From: Nitrospirota bacterium
Lineage (GTDB): Bacteria; Nitrospirota; UBA9217
DNA: 64,000 bases
NCBI GenBank assembly: GCA_963790205.1
Contig: CAWBNQ010000011.1
Span: forward strand, 96,001 to 160,000
Direction: 5' to 3'
Part shown: piece after piece, positions 31,601 through 41,200 of the stretch
Layout of the letters: the number at the start of each line of letters is the position of its first letter
How positions within the stretch are numbered: the stretch's first letter is position 1
Program-made: the position numbers and the translations under genes
Notes under the pieces: generated by a model
Seen by the model: the letters and a program-made list of their open reading frames with translations, nothing else
What the model was told of the DNA's origin: nothing
The model's database searches: none

Positions 31601-33265
31601 TCAATACGACAATATCATAAGTCGCACAACCGCCACTGATCCCAACGGGACGCATAATTACACCTATGACAAAGCGTACCAGCTTCTCACGGCAACCCAT
31701 ACCACCACGCCCACCGAGCAGTTCACTTATGACCTCCTTGGCAACAGGACCGGCACCACCGTCAATAGCGGCAACAGACTCCTTAATGACGGCACATATA
31801 CCTACACCTACGACAACAACGGAAACCAGATAACCAGGACCACCATAGCAACCGGAGACGTCAGGTCCTATACCTGGGACAGCGAAAACAGGCTCATAAG
31901 CGTAACTGGGAGCGGCCTGATCGCCCAGTACCAGTATGACCCCTTTGGAAGAAGAATCCAGAAAAACGTCAATAACGCCATAACAAACTATGTCTACGAC
32001 GGACCGAACATCATAGCGGAATACGACGGAAACAATCAGCTCATCACCCGGTACGTACAAGGGGCGGGGACCGACGAGCATCTGGGGATGCAGAGGAATG
32101 GCCAAGCATGGTATTACCATACAGATGGTTTGGGTTCAGTCACGGCTATGACGGACGATACCGGCGCTGTAGTTCAGAGCTACACTTATGACAGCTTCGG
32201 CAACATAAACTCAAATTCAGCAAGCACGGTGGCAAGTCAAGTGGGTTATTACACAATAAATGATGGGACACACTTTTCGCGATCGCTAACTCCCACGAGC
32301 ATACCTGTTGGGAACGGTACTGTGTCACAGACAATCAACACAGATGGTTCAGTTAAATTAACCATCAGCAATTCTCCTGGTTATGCGGATGACGGTTTCT
32401 ATCTTCGCGTTGGAACGCTCGGAGATTTCAATGGTCTCAAGATTACGACCTCTCCGGGTACCAATCCGGCCAGCGTCAATATTTGGTTCGACGTTGACAA
32501 TAACGGCGAGTTCTTCGTATGGAACGGAAACGTTCTATCGGGTTTAGGTAACGATGCTTATATCTTAGGCCCCTCCAGTGTCCAAAATGTCCTTAGTGTC
32601 AATGCGAACAGCAATTTCACTTCGCTGATTCCCGGCGGCGGGAATTATACCCTGGCGCAATTGAAAAACGGCGCCGTAGCGGGGATAACCAGCGCTACAA
32701 AAATTGCGATCTGGGTTGGTATTGCCACCAATGGAGGCAGTTTAAGCGCAACGATAAGCTCAATACAGAATTCCGGCTTCACTCAGCCATTTACCTATAC
32801 CGGAAGGGAATATGACCCGGAGACCGGACTGTACTACTACCGGGCGAGGTATTATGATACAATTGCAGGGAGGTTCATCAGCAAAGACCCGATTGGGTTT
32901 ACTGGTAGGGATACAAATCTCTTCAGGTATGTGGGAAATAATCCGGTGAACAGGATTGATCCTAAAGGGAAAGAGATGTGTTTGGTTAGGCCACCGGTAA
33001 TTCCCGAAGCAGAATGGTTTAAATGGACAGAGTACAATTTACCAGCAGACCAATATCCTCCACCACCAATGCCTATTCCTTGGTATGAACAGTGGGATCC
33101 TCAACCATGGACGCCAGATCCACCTGATCCTGAACCAAATGAAGAAAGCCCCTACTTCACCTAAAACATAAGGTGTACAGATTTGGGAGCTTGGAAGATG
33201 TATGATAACTTCAAAGTGTAAGGGGAAAAGGGTTTACCAAAAAGCGCGCTTAGTGGATGAAAGCG

Positions 33266-33485
33266 TACCAGCGGTAGGTTGGTAATTTTTTAATGTTACA
33301 ATGGCAGCATGGAAATTCGACATAGTGCCATGATGCCTATCATCACCCGTACCGCATAAGTATGGACACCCAAGTATTGGAAGCGAATATTAAATGGGAG
33401 TTGAAGCTGTTTGTAGAAAAATGGCTGAAGGATATTGAAACGTATCATCCCGACATAGAAATCGAACGGTATAGCATTCGAAACA
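33266..33485 (+). pseudogene. Frameshifted 5' remnant of an IS200/IS605 TnpA with end hairpin
   Basis: Across frames: MEIRHS-HDAYHHPYRI-VWTPKYWKRIL-ELKLFVEKWLKDIETYHPDIEIERYSI; upstream hairpin TACCAGC/GTTGGTA. Confidence 0.65.
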
Positions 33486-33566
33486 AAAGCACTTTAAGAC
33501 AGCAATTTACTTTCACTGCAGTGAGTTAGACGATATCCATTGAACTGCACCCCTGAGTTTGGACAG

Positions 33567-34388
33567 TTAGCTTAGAGTAATCGGACAGGGTGCTTTTTGA
33601 ATCTGATTTATCAGCATTGCCTCGTATTCAGTTGGAGGAACGTAATCCAGTGAGGCATGTAGTCGTTCCTGATTATACACTTGCTCGATGAAGTATGGAA
33701 GCCGTCTGAGAACGTCATCCAGGGTCCGGTATTCCCAGAGATAGACTTCCTCGGTCTTTACGGTTTTCATGAAGCTTTCGGCGAAGGCGTTGTCGTACGG
33801 ATTGCCACTCCGAGACATGCTAATCTGGAAACCATGGCTTTTTAGCTCGTCGATGTAGTCATGAGCTGCATACTGTACTCCTCGGTCCGAATGGTGAATC
33901 GCGCCGGGAAGGGGGTTTCTGCTCTGGATCGCCATCCGAAGCGCTGAGAGGCTCAATGCCGTGTCGATATTCCGTGAGATGGCATATCCGATTGCTTTCC
34001 GCGAACAGAGATCCAGAATAACCGCCAGGTATACGAAGCCGACTGCGATCCGGATATAGGTGATATCGGCAACCCATACCTGATTGAGGCTGGTTACCCG
34101 CAGGTCTTTAGTCAGGTTCGGATATACGGGATAAGGATGGTTGCTGTCAGTGGTTCTGACGAAGCGCCTGGTTTTCTTGACCAGAAGGCCCTTTTCCCGC
34201 ATGATCCGGTGCACTTTTTTGTGGTTTACCGGGACAGCTTCCCGATGCAGCTGACGAGTGACTTTCCGATACCCGGCTTTCGGGAACTCTTCGGTGATTT
34301 CCTCGATCCGGTTGACCAGGACCTGGTCCTCAGGGAGCAGTTCCTGTTTCTTTGAATTATAATAGTAGCTGCTTCGAGGGAGCTTCAT
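33567..34388 (-). CDS. IS3 OrfB (DDE integrase core)
   Basis: RSSYYY, GYRKV, WVADITYI, HHSDRGVQY, DNAFAESF, YNQERLHASL. Confidence 0.94.
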   Translation of the reverse strand: MKLPRSSYYYNSKKQELLPEDQVLVNRIEEITEEFPKAGYRKVTRQLHREAVPVNHKKVHRIMREKGLLVKKTRRFVRTTDSNHPYPVYPNLTKDLRVTSLNQVWVADITYIRIAVGFVYLAVILDLCSRKAIGYAISRNIDTALSLSALRMAIQSRNPLPGAIHHSDRGVQYAAHDYIDELKSHGFQISMSRSGNPYDNAFAESFMKTVKTEEVYLWEYRTLDDVLRRLPYFIEQVYNQERLHASLDYVPPTEYEAMLINQIQKAPCPITLS

Positions 34389-34738
34389 GAGTTCGCACCC
34401 CCTCGTGACGGTTTTGATAAGGTCTCGGTGGTCGGTAATGAACTGCCTTTTTTTCGGGACTGATCGAAGCTCTGATGCAGCGCTTTTTTTAAAAACTCAT
34501 TTTCCAGGTGAGCTTTTCCGAGCGCCTGCTCCAACTGGCCGATACGTTCTTCCAAAGCAGCTTCTTTGGCAGAGTCGGCCTCGAAGCTGTTTTTGATAAA
34601 CTGCTTCCTCCAATGATACAGAAGCCCGGAGGAAATGCTGTGTCTCCGGCAGAGCTGGGCCGCAGTGCTGACCCCGCTCAAGTATTCTTCAACAACTTGG
34701 CGCTTGAATTCGGTACTGAACTTCCTCTGTTTGCTCAT
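34385..34738 (-). CDS. IS3 OrfA (HTH); A7G -1 frameshift site at 34447-34454
   Basis: RKFSTEFK, LYHWRK, ENEFLKKA; -1 frame stays open into OrfB. Confidence 0.9.
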   Translation of the reverse strand: MSKQRKFSTEFKRQVVEEYLSGVSTAAQLCRRHSISSGLLYHWRKQFIKNSFEADSAKEAALEERIGQLEQALGKAHLENEFLKKALHQSFDQSRKKGSSLPTTETLSKPSRGGANS

Positions 34739-34824
34739 GACAAGATCCTTTCTGCCCCTCGGGGCTGAAGATCCTGTCCGACATTCTAACATATTTGTCT
34801 AAACGGAGGGGGTCAGTTCACATA

Positions 34825-35484
34825 ATGATAATTCTCATATTAAAAATTATTAGCACAATATATCATATGTTCATGACTGGAGAGAAAATTAGTAACATAA
34901 AATCAATGTGCCTTGTTGAATATGCAAATTATTTGCATCATAAAAGGAATATTGAGAAAGCGATAAAGTATTACAACCAAGCAATTAGTTTAAACTCTTA
35001 TAATTATTACGCATATGGTGGCCTTGCCGCTGCTCTTCTAGCAGAAAAACAGTTTAAACAAGCTTTAGAGTATTGCAAAAAAGCCTATTCTATTAAATCG
35101 AACCTTTGGGGCAATATCACCTTATTTGTTATTTATAACTCTTTAGGAGAAGCTATTTCCGCAAATGAAATGCTACGGAAAATATTTAAATATTTTAATA
35201 ATAATGTAGCAGCTGCATATGATCGATTGTCCTATACTTATTTTCAGTTTGGTATGCACAAAGAAGCAGAGTACTATTGTAAAGAAGCTGTCAAGATTCT
35301 TCCCATCGAGGCTGGCATCCATTATAATCTGGCCAACATATATTTAGCTCAAGAAAAATTTCAAGCAGCAAGAGACGAGTTTCAAAATGTATTAGAACTT
35401 ACCAATGATAAACGATACAAGAAAAAAGCTATCAAAAAAATAGAAAGCTTAAACAGAGTTATAACAACCAAGCTATCTTCATAG
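34825..35484 (+). CDS. Tetratricopeptide-repeat protein (very AT-rich)
   Basis: AIKYYNQAI, ALEYCKKA, IHYNLANIY. Confidence 0.75.
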   Translation: MIILILKIISTIYHMFMTGEKISNIKSMCLVEYANYLHHKRNIEKAIKYYNQAISLNSYNYYAYGGLAAALLAEKQFKQALEYCKKAYSIKSNLWGNITLFVIYNSLGEAISANEMLRKIFKYFNNNVAAAYDRLSYTYFQFGMHKEAEYYCKEAVKILPIEAGIHYNLANIYLAQEKFQAARDEFQNVLELTNDKRYKKKAIKKIESLNRVITTKLSS

Positions 35485-35787
35485 ATTACGAATCAAGTAG
35501 CAATATCAGTGACCGCTTCCATATATCTAAGATAGACGAATCGTTTGAAGTCATTCTCAGTGTGTTTGTATTATAGAGAGCAACATAAGTAATGCAACGC
35601 ATTGCCACTATGAAAAGCGCGTAAACACTGGATAAAAAGGTAAGGGGCCGTTGCATTACTTTTGCGATCCTCAATAGCTGACCGGGCGGTTGTCGTGACT
35701 TTTGTCAGGATCTTGACATGCAATGATTGAACCGGAATTCGTTAGAGTTTCTACTCATCGAAACTCGCATGATTGTAGGTGTACTCC

Positions 35788-36033
35788 TCAATCTATGGCT
35801 GCCGCTTCTTCTTTTTGAGACCGTTCCTCCGGCCAAGCCCTTTTTTCAATTTCCTTCAACAAATCCCCGAACGTCCCCGGATTGATCGCCGAGCACACGA
35901 CGCCGTTAAAGCGCGCTGCCACGGCCCTGGCCCAGAGCGCGTTCACGAGGTCCGCCTTGTTGAACACAGCGAGCTTGGGGATCGTGTCGAGGCCGAGCTC
36001 GATCAATAGATTATCGACCGACTCCATCTGCTG
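35788..36033 (-). repeat. Diverged duplicate of the hflX 3' end (matches 36538-36780)
   Basis: Near-identical ~245 bp encoding QQMESVDNLL...EERSQKEEAA. Confidence 0.92.
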
Positions 36034-36140
36034 TCGAACCAATATTAAATATTTCCTTGGCGTTCCTCGCGCCTTCGCGAAGAAAATTCCTTGCATAAAA
36101 AAGCCTTGCGCTTTTACACCACAAAAGGCATAATAGTGGC

Positions 36141-36476
36141 ATGAAAGTGGTGGAAAAAGACAAGGTCATCAGTGGCATGCTCCGGGACGAGCTCAAACGT
36201 TGCGAAGAGATATTAGACGGTCTCCAGAAGTCCATAGCACGGCTTCCCAAAGGCGTTCTGAGCGAGCGAAAGAAGCGCTACAAGGAAAAAACCTATTCGT
36301 ATTACTCACTGAAATACCGCGACGGGAAAAAGGTCGTCAATAGGCACATCCCCAACGATGAAGCCCCGGCACTGCTTAAAAAACTGGAGCAAAGAAAAAA
36401 GTTCGAAAGGGAAGGGCAGGCGTATAAGAAAAAAATCGAATATATATCGAAAATCCTGAAAGCCGGCAAGGGATGA
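36141..36476 (+). CDS. Small basic protein, possible antitoxin or DNA-binding protein
   Basis: LPKGVL...YYSLKYRDGKKVV; promoter TTGCGC-17-CATAAT directly upstream. Confidence 0.6.
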   Translation: MKVVEKDKVISGMLRDELKRCEEILDGLQKSIARLPKGVLSERKKRYKEKTYSYYSLKYRDGKKVVNRHIPNDEAPALLKKLEQRKKFEREGQAYKKKIEYISKILKAGKG

Positions 36477-36537
36477 ATAAGATGCTTTTGTCGATCTCGC
36501 ATAAGGATACCTGGGGTCTTAGCTGCTTGCGATGACA

Positions 36538-38193
36538 TCAATCCATGGCCGCTTCTTCTTTTTGAGACCGTTCCTCCGGCCACGCCCTTTTTTCAATTTC
36601 CTTCAGCAGATCCCCGAATGTCCCCGGATTGATCGCCGAGCACACGACGCCGTTGAAGCGCGCTGCCACGGCCCTGGCCCAGAGGGCGTTCACGAGGTCC
36701 GCCTTGTTGAACACCGGGAGCTTGGGGATCGTGTCGAGGCCGAGCTCGATCAACAGATTATCGACCGATTCCATCTGCTGCTCGAAGCGCGGGTTGCTGA
36801 TGTCCACCACGTGCAGGATGAGGTCCGCGTCCTGCATCTCGTCGAGGGTCGCTTTAAAGGCGCCGAGGAGGTCCTTGGGCAGGTCCTTGATGAACCCGAC
36901 GGTGTCGGTGATGACCACCTCGCGGTCGCGCGGGAAGCGCAGCCTCCGGGTGGCCGTGTCCAGGGTCGCGAACAGGAGATTTTCCGCCTTGACGTCCGAT
37001 TTCGTAAGCATGTTAAAGAGCGTGGATTTTCCGGCGTTCGTGTACCCGGCGATCGAGACGATGGGGATCTCGCTTTTGACGCGCCGTTCACGGCGCTGGT
37101 CCCTGGCCCTGCCGAGGGCGTCGAGCTGCTTTTCGAGACGCCGTATCCTGTCCCGGGCCCGGCGCATGTCGATCTCGAGCCGCGTTTCTCCCGGTCCTCT
37201 GCCGCCGATGCCGCCCGTGAGGCGGGAGAGCGCGGTGGAACGCTCCGACAGCCTGGGCAGGCGGTACTTGAGCTGGGCAAGCTCGACCTGCACCTTGCCG
37301 TCCCCGCTGTGCGCCCTTCGTGCAAAAATGTCGAGGATGAGCTGCGTGCGGTCTATGACGCGCATCTCGGTAATGTCCCCGATGGCCTTGACCTGGGCCG
37401 GGGTGAGGTTCTGGTCGAAGACGATCAAATCCGCGCCGAGCTGCTGGGAGCGGATGATGAGCTCCTTGAGCTTGCCTTCGCCGAGAAGGTACTTGGGATT
37501 GATGTCATGCAGCCGCTGAACCACGGTGTCGAGGACCGTGATGCCGTCGGAGCGGGTAAGCTCTTTCAGCTCTTCGATGGATTCTTCCTGCTCATGTTTG
37601 CTCTTTTTCGAGACGCTCACGAGGATCGCCCGGTCCTTCTTTGCAACCTCGATGGCGCTCTGCGCGCGCTCCATCTCCCGTTCGAGATCGGCGATGAAAT
37701 TCGCGGCATCTATATCCACCCCATGGACGGCCCGCGGCGGGAGTACCTCGTACAGCTTCTCTGCAGGATTAGGCGGGAGCAGGTGCGCGATGGAAATACT
37801 GCCCGGCAAGCCGTCGGGCCGGGCGGCAAGCGCAGCGATCATATCCAGTCTCAACAGCGCCAGGTCCGTGAGGTCCTCCTGGTTCAGGGGCATTTCCTTA
37901 AGGTGGGTGTGAATGAACCTGACTCCGCGAAGACGCTTCGAGCCGAGCCGGTGTTCCGAGAGGTCGGGAATGAGAATGTCCTTATTCGTGCCGACGAGAA
38001 CGGTTCGGATGCTTCCGGAACGGTCCATGATGAGCCCGACCTGCCTGCCGATCTCCGCGGAAACTTCGGTCAAAGCGCGGGCGGCTTCGGGTGTGATGAT
38101 CATATTCGGCGGCGTTTTTCTGCGGTAGAGGCGCTCGAGCATGCGAAGCTCGGCGGGTTTGAGGCCGGTGGTATTGCCGTATACAGTAGGGAT
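36538..38193 (-). CDS. hflX: GTPase HflX (long form), probable ATC start
   Basis: DRTQLILDIF, QVELAQL, GRGPGETRLE, GYTNAGKST, LFATLD, DTVGF, NKAD; SD AAGGAG 6 nt before ATC 38193. Confidence 0.93.
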   Translation of the reverse strand: MPTVYGNTTGLKPAELRMLERLYRRKTPPNMIITPEAARALTEVSAEIGRQVGLIMDRSGSIRTVLVGTNKDILIPDLSEHRLGSKRLRGVRFIHTHLKEMPLNQEDLTDLALLRLDMIAALAARPDGLPGSISIAHLLPPNPAEKLYEVLPPRAVHGVDIDAANFIADLEREMERAQSAIEVAKKDRAILVSVSKKSKHEQEESIEELKELTRSDGITVLDTVVQRLHDINPKYLLGEGKLKELIIRSQQLGADLIVFDQNLTPAQVKAIGDITEMRVIDRTQLILDIFARRAHSGDGKVQVELAQLKYRLPRLSERSTALSRLTGGIGGRGPGETRLEIDMRRARDRIRRLEKQLDALGRARDQRRERRVKSEIPIVSIAGYTNAGKSTLFNMLTKSDVKAENLLFATLDTATRRLRFPRDREVVITDTVGFIKDLPKDLLGAFKATLDEMQDADLILHVVDISNPRFEQQMESVDNLLIELGLDTIPKLPVFNKADLVNALWARAVAARFNGVVCSAINPGTFGDLLKEIEKRAWPEERSQKEEAAMD

Positions 38194-38329
38194 GAGAGGC
38201 TCCTTGAGTAAAATCACTCCGCACCTCTTGGAGAGATGCCGGGTGAGGGAATTTTGGATACGAGCAAACACAGCGCAGGCATGAGTACCTGCCCTGTGTA
38301 GATTATAGCATAATCGTGTGCGATACCCG

Positions 38330-38866
38330 TTACTTCACCAGGTACACGATGTCATGCTCCCGCGCGTGGTCCGTCACCTTGAGGCCCACGCTTTGGCCCG
38401 CGCCGGCCTGATCAACATGCTGGTGCTCGTACTCCATGGATTCGACCTCCTGGGTAAAATCGGTGCTATGGCCTTTGACGCGGATCATATCGCCCGTTTT
38501 AAGCGTTCCCTTGTTGAGTTGTACCACGACCACGCCGAGATGGCTGTAGTAATGGGTCACGGTGCCGAGCGCCTCTTCGTTCGCAGCCGGCTCTTCCACG
38601 GGCGGGTTGCCGCTTGGCGGCGGACCCGGTTCTACCATGGCCGATTTTGGCGGGAGCGGGGGCTTGGCCTTAGGTGCGGCCTTCTTTGCGGATTTTTCCC
38701 GGGCTGCTTTCTTTTTTAAGACTGTCTTTTTGGCGGCTTTTTTCTTGGCTTTTTTCTTTTTTGTGATTTTCTTCTTCGGAGTTTTCTTTTTCGAGGCTTT
38801 CTTCCGAACGGGTTTGCGGGAAGCCGATTTTTTTGCTTTGCTTTTACCTTTTGTTTTTTTAGGCAT
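38330..38866 (-). CDS. Lys/Ala-rich N-terminus fused to a translation-factor-type beta-barrel
   Basis: KKAAKK repeats; GTVTHYYSHLGV, GDMIRVKGHSTDFTQEVESM, GQSVGLKV; SD GAGGAGG. Confidence 0.75.
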   Translation of the reverse strand: MPKKTKGKSKAKKSASRKPVRKKASKKKTPKKKITKKKKAKKKAAKKTVLKKKAAREKSAKKAAPKAKPPLPPKSAMVEPGPPPSGNPPVEEPAANEEALGTVTHYYSHLGVVVVQLNKGTLKTGDMIRVKGHSTDFTQEVESMEYEHQHVDQAGAGQSVGLKVTDHAREHDIVYLVK

Positions 38867-38900
38867 GAAGACCTCCTCTAAAAATGGGTTGAATATCTTT

Positions 38901-39073
38901 ACCACAAAGACACCAAGACACGAAGAAGATCTTTAAACACGCAAGTAAACAAATCCCAAAGGCATTCAGGTATTACTTCGTGCCTTCGCCTGCACCCAGC
39001 GGTTACGAGTGGTAACGTAGCCTGCTCTTGCGAAGACGCGGCCATAAACGAGTGCAGGGTATGACTTCGTGGT
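38901..39073. repeat. Octamer-periodic inverted repeat with an inserted mini-element
   Basis: ACCACAAAGACACCAAGACACGAAG pairs with CTTCGTGCCTTCG|TGACTTCGTGGT; related copy at 8408-8476. Confidence 0.7.
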
Positions 39074-39471
39074 GGATTTTATTCTGACTTGTCCAGGTTA
39101 GGAAAATTGTAGCAAAGATTAAGGAAAATGCAAGAAATTTATGTTTTTTTGCATCTTTTGGCCATTCAGGCGCTTGAATCGTCCGGATTTGTGCCTGCGG
39201 TAATTGCTGTTGCCCGTAATGATGGCTGGTTTTCAGTATAATATGTCATTCATTATTATTTTCACTTATGCTATAGTAGTCCAACGAAGGTCACTAGATG
39301 AGGATGCGGGAAAATCCCCTGTGTTACCGCGAGGCGTCTGTCCTCGGAATTTTACCGGAAAGCTCGATTAACTATGGCTTGTAATTGCACGCTCTATCGG
39401 GTAAAATTCGTCTCATCTCAGCGCCGCGTTGCTCAGGTGCCTCCGGATTGAACGCCCTCACGGAACGAACC

Positions 39472-40497
39472 ATGAAAATCCTTGTTATCAAACTTTCCGC
39501 CATCGGCGACGTGGTACAGACGCTGCCCGCGCTCGAGGCGATCAAGAAGCTCTACCCGGCCGGTGAAGTAACCTGGATCGTCGAGGAAGCGGCGGCAGGT
39601 ATCCTCGAAGGCCATCCGCTTATCGACAGGGTATTGGTCTCGCGAAGAAAAGCGCTGACCGGGATGCTGAAAAATCCCCGTACGTTCATGAAAGGGCTGG
39701 GCGGTATTATCGGTTTTTTTCGGGAACTGCGGTCTACCCGGTATGACATTGCCGTCGATTTTCAAGGACTCTTGAAGAGCGGCATCCTCATGGGCCTGGC
39801 CCGTGCAAAGCGCAAGATCGGCTTTGACCGCACTCGCGAGCTTTCCTACCTGTTCCTGAATGAACGCCTGCCTGCTTACGATATCGAGAAGCATGCGCTG
39901 GAACGGTATCTCGATATTGCGCGCTATCTCGGTGCACACGACCCGGCGCCGGTCTGCACGCTGCCGATCGAACGGGAAATTGCGAGGATGCGCCAGAGGA
40001 CGGCGGTCATGAAAGGAGCGGGAAAGCCGCTTGTTGTCATAAATCCGGTGGCGCGCTGGAAGACCAAGCTTTGGAGGGAAAGTAACTTTGCGGAGTTGGC
40101 GGACAGGCTCGTGCTGGAGAAGAAGGCCGTGGTGATCTTTACCGGCAGCGCCGCAGATCGGGACGTGAACCAAAGGATCATATCCAGAATGAAGCAGCCC
40201 GCGGAGAACTGGGCGGGAGAGACCTCTCTCAAGGAACTGGCGGCACTTGCCGCGCTTTCAGACCTGTTCATCACCACGGACACGGGTCCCATGCATCTGG
40301 CCGCGGCGGCAGGCGCGAAGGTCCTGGCGCTGTTCGGTCCCACGGCGCCCTGGCGGACCGGGCCTTACGGGAAGTCACCGGTCACTGTGCGAGCGGGAAT
40401 TGAATGCTCTCCCTGTTTTAAGCGAACCTGTGAAGACAACATCAGCTGTATGGAAGGGATATCGGTCGAGGACGTGATGAGTAAGATCGCATGGTGA
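39472..40497 (+). CDS. LPS heptosyltransferase (GT9, WaaC/WaaF-like)
   Basis: LSAIGDVV, DFQGLLKS, DTGPMHLAAA, LFGPT. Confidence 0.92.
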   Translation: MKILVIKLSAIGDVVQTLPALEAIKKLYPAGEVTWIVEEAAAGILEGHPLIDRVLVSRRKALTGMLKNPRTFMKGLGGIIGFFRELRSTRYDIAVDFQGLLKSGILMGLARAKRKIGFDRTRELSYLFLNERLPAYDIEKHALERYLDIARYLGAHDPAPVCTLPIEREIARMRQRTAVMKGAGKPLVVINPVARWKTKLWRESNFAELADRLVLEKKAVVIFTGSAADRDVNQRIISRMKQPAENWAGETSLKELAALAALSDLFITTDTGPMHLAAAAGAKVLALFGPTAPWRTGPYGKSPVTVRAGIECSPCFKRTCEDNISCMEGISVEDVMSKIAW

Positions 40498-40585
40498 ACT
40501 GAAAACCGTTCAACCCGAGCACTACCGGCTTGATCACCTTAGTATCATGCGCCTATCGTCTCAGCTCATGCCTGCACGGAAGTAT

Positions 40586-41035
40586 TTATCGGCAGGGCAT
40601 CGCCATCGTCTTCTCGATATAGTTCACGATCTGTTCCAACGCCAGCCTTCGGTCGTCAAGTCCCCAGAAGAAAAAATCGTCAACGGACTTGAACGGCCCA
40701 TAGGCCTCACGATGGTCAGCGATAATGGACGTGGCAAGCTTGTCGTTACCTTCACCTCCGGCCGAAATGATTTCGTCCATGAGTTTTGGAAAGCTTGCAT
40801 ACCAGGCAGAATAATGCTTTCCCAGGCCGGACCTCACCTTGTCCTTGACCAGATCAAGGACTTTCCGGTAGTAGTGGGCTTGGTCATATATCATATGCTG
40901 GGGATCGGTCAGAATGGAATACATGCCGATGGCCTGGGTGAGCTCGACGTAACGGCCTCTTTTGAAATAGTCCTCGATCGAGGCCATAAGGCCCTGATCA
41001 TTTTCGATGGTTGAAACCCTTACAACTTCGGGCAT
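40586..41035 (-). CDS. Hypothetical protein
   Basis: 149-aa ORF with strong SD AGGAGG; no motif recognised. Confidence 0.65.
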   Translation of the reverse strand: MPEVVRVSTIENDQGLMASIEDYFKRGRYVELTQAIGMYSILTDPQHMIYDQAHYYRKVLDLVKDKVRSGLGKHYSAWYASFPKLMDEIISAGGEGNDKLATSIIADHREAYGPFKSVDDFFFWGLDDRRLALEQIVNYIEKTMAMPCR

Positions 41036-41200
41036 GAACGATTTCCTCCTTTGGTAATGAGCAGCTTAAACTCCACGGAAAAATAGTATAACAATTCCGG
41101 GAAGGAAGCAAGATATTTATTTAAGTCCGTCCTGCCTGCAAGAATCAAGGTTGGACGAAAACTGCGCCGATCTCATGAGTTCGGAGGAAGGGGGAACAAT

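Larger units (their letters stand above)
26811..33164 (+). pseudogene. Secreted Cys-rich RHS/YD-repeat protein (~1582 aa when reconstituted), interrupted by IS1182
   Basis: Signal peptide AHA-Q; removing 27049-28653 gives in-frame ...EMSQQ-LCSDD...; DUF6531-like TYNS/FGRGW, YD repeats, YTGREYD, YYRARYY, NPVNRIDPKG. Confidence 0.9.
33541..34820 (-). mobile_element. IS3-family insertion sequence, 1280 bp
   Basis: Imperfect 25-bp IRs starting TGAACTG with TG...CA ends; 3-bp duplication CAT; orfA/orfB. Confidence 0.95.

Noticed and set aside
29900..32200. YD-repeat region as a CRISPR array or DNA repeat
   Set aside because: Repeats are degenerate and at protein level; no identical direct repeats with spacers and no cas genes
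34825..35484. TPR gene as the RHS immunity protein
   Set aside because: Still about 380 bp from the RHS stop after removing IS3, and no immunity motif; unsupported
36532..38211. Long antisense ORFs (also 15516-16556, 30663-32120, 57556-58713)
   Set aside because: Shadow frames of well-supported genes in GC-rich DNA
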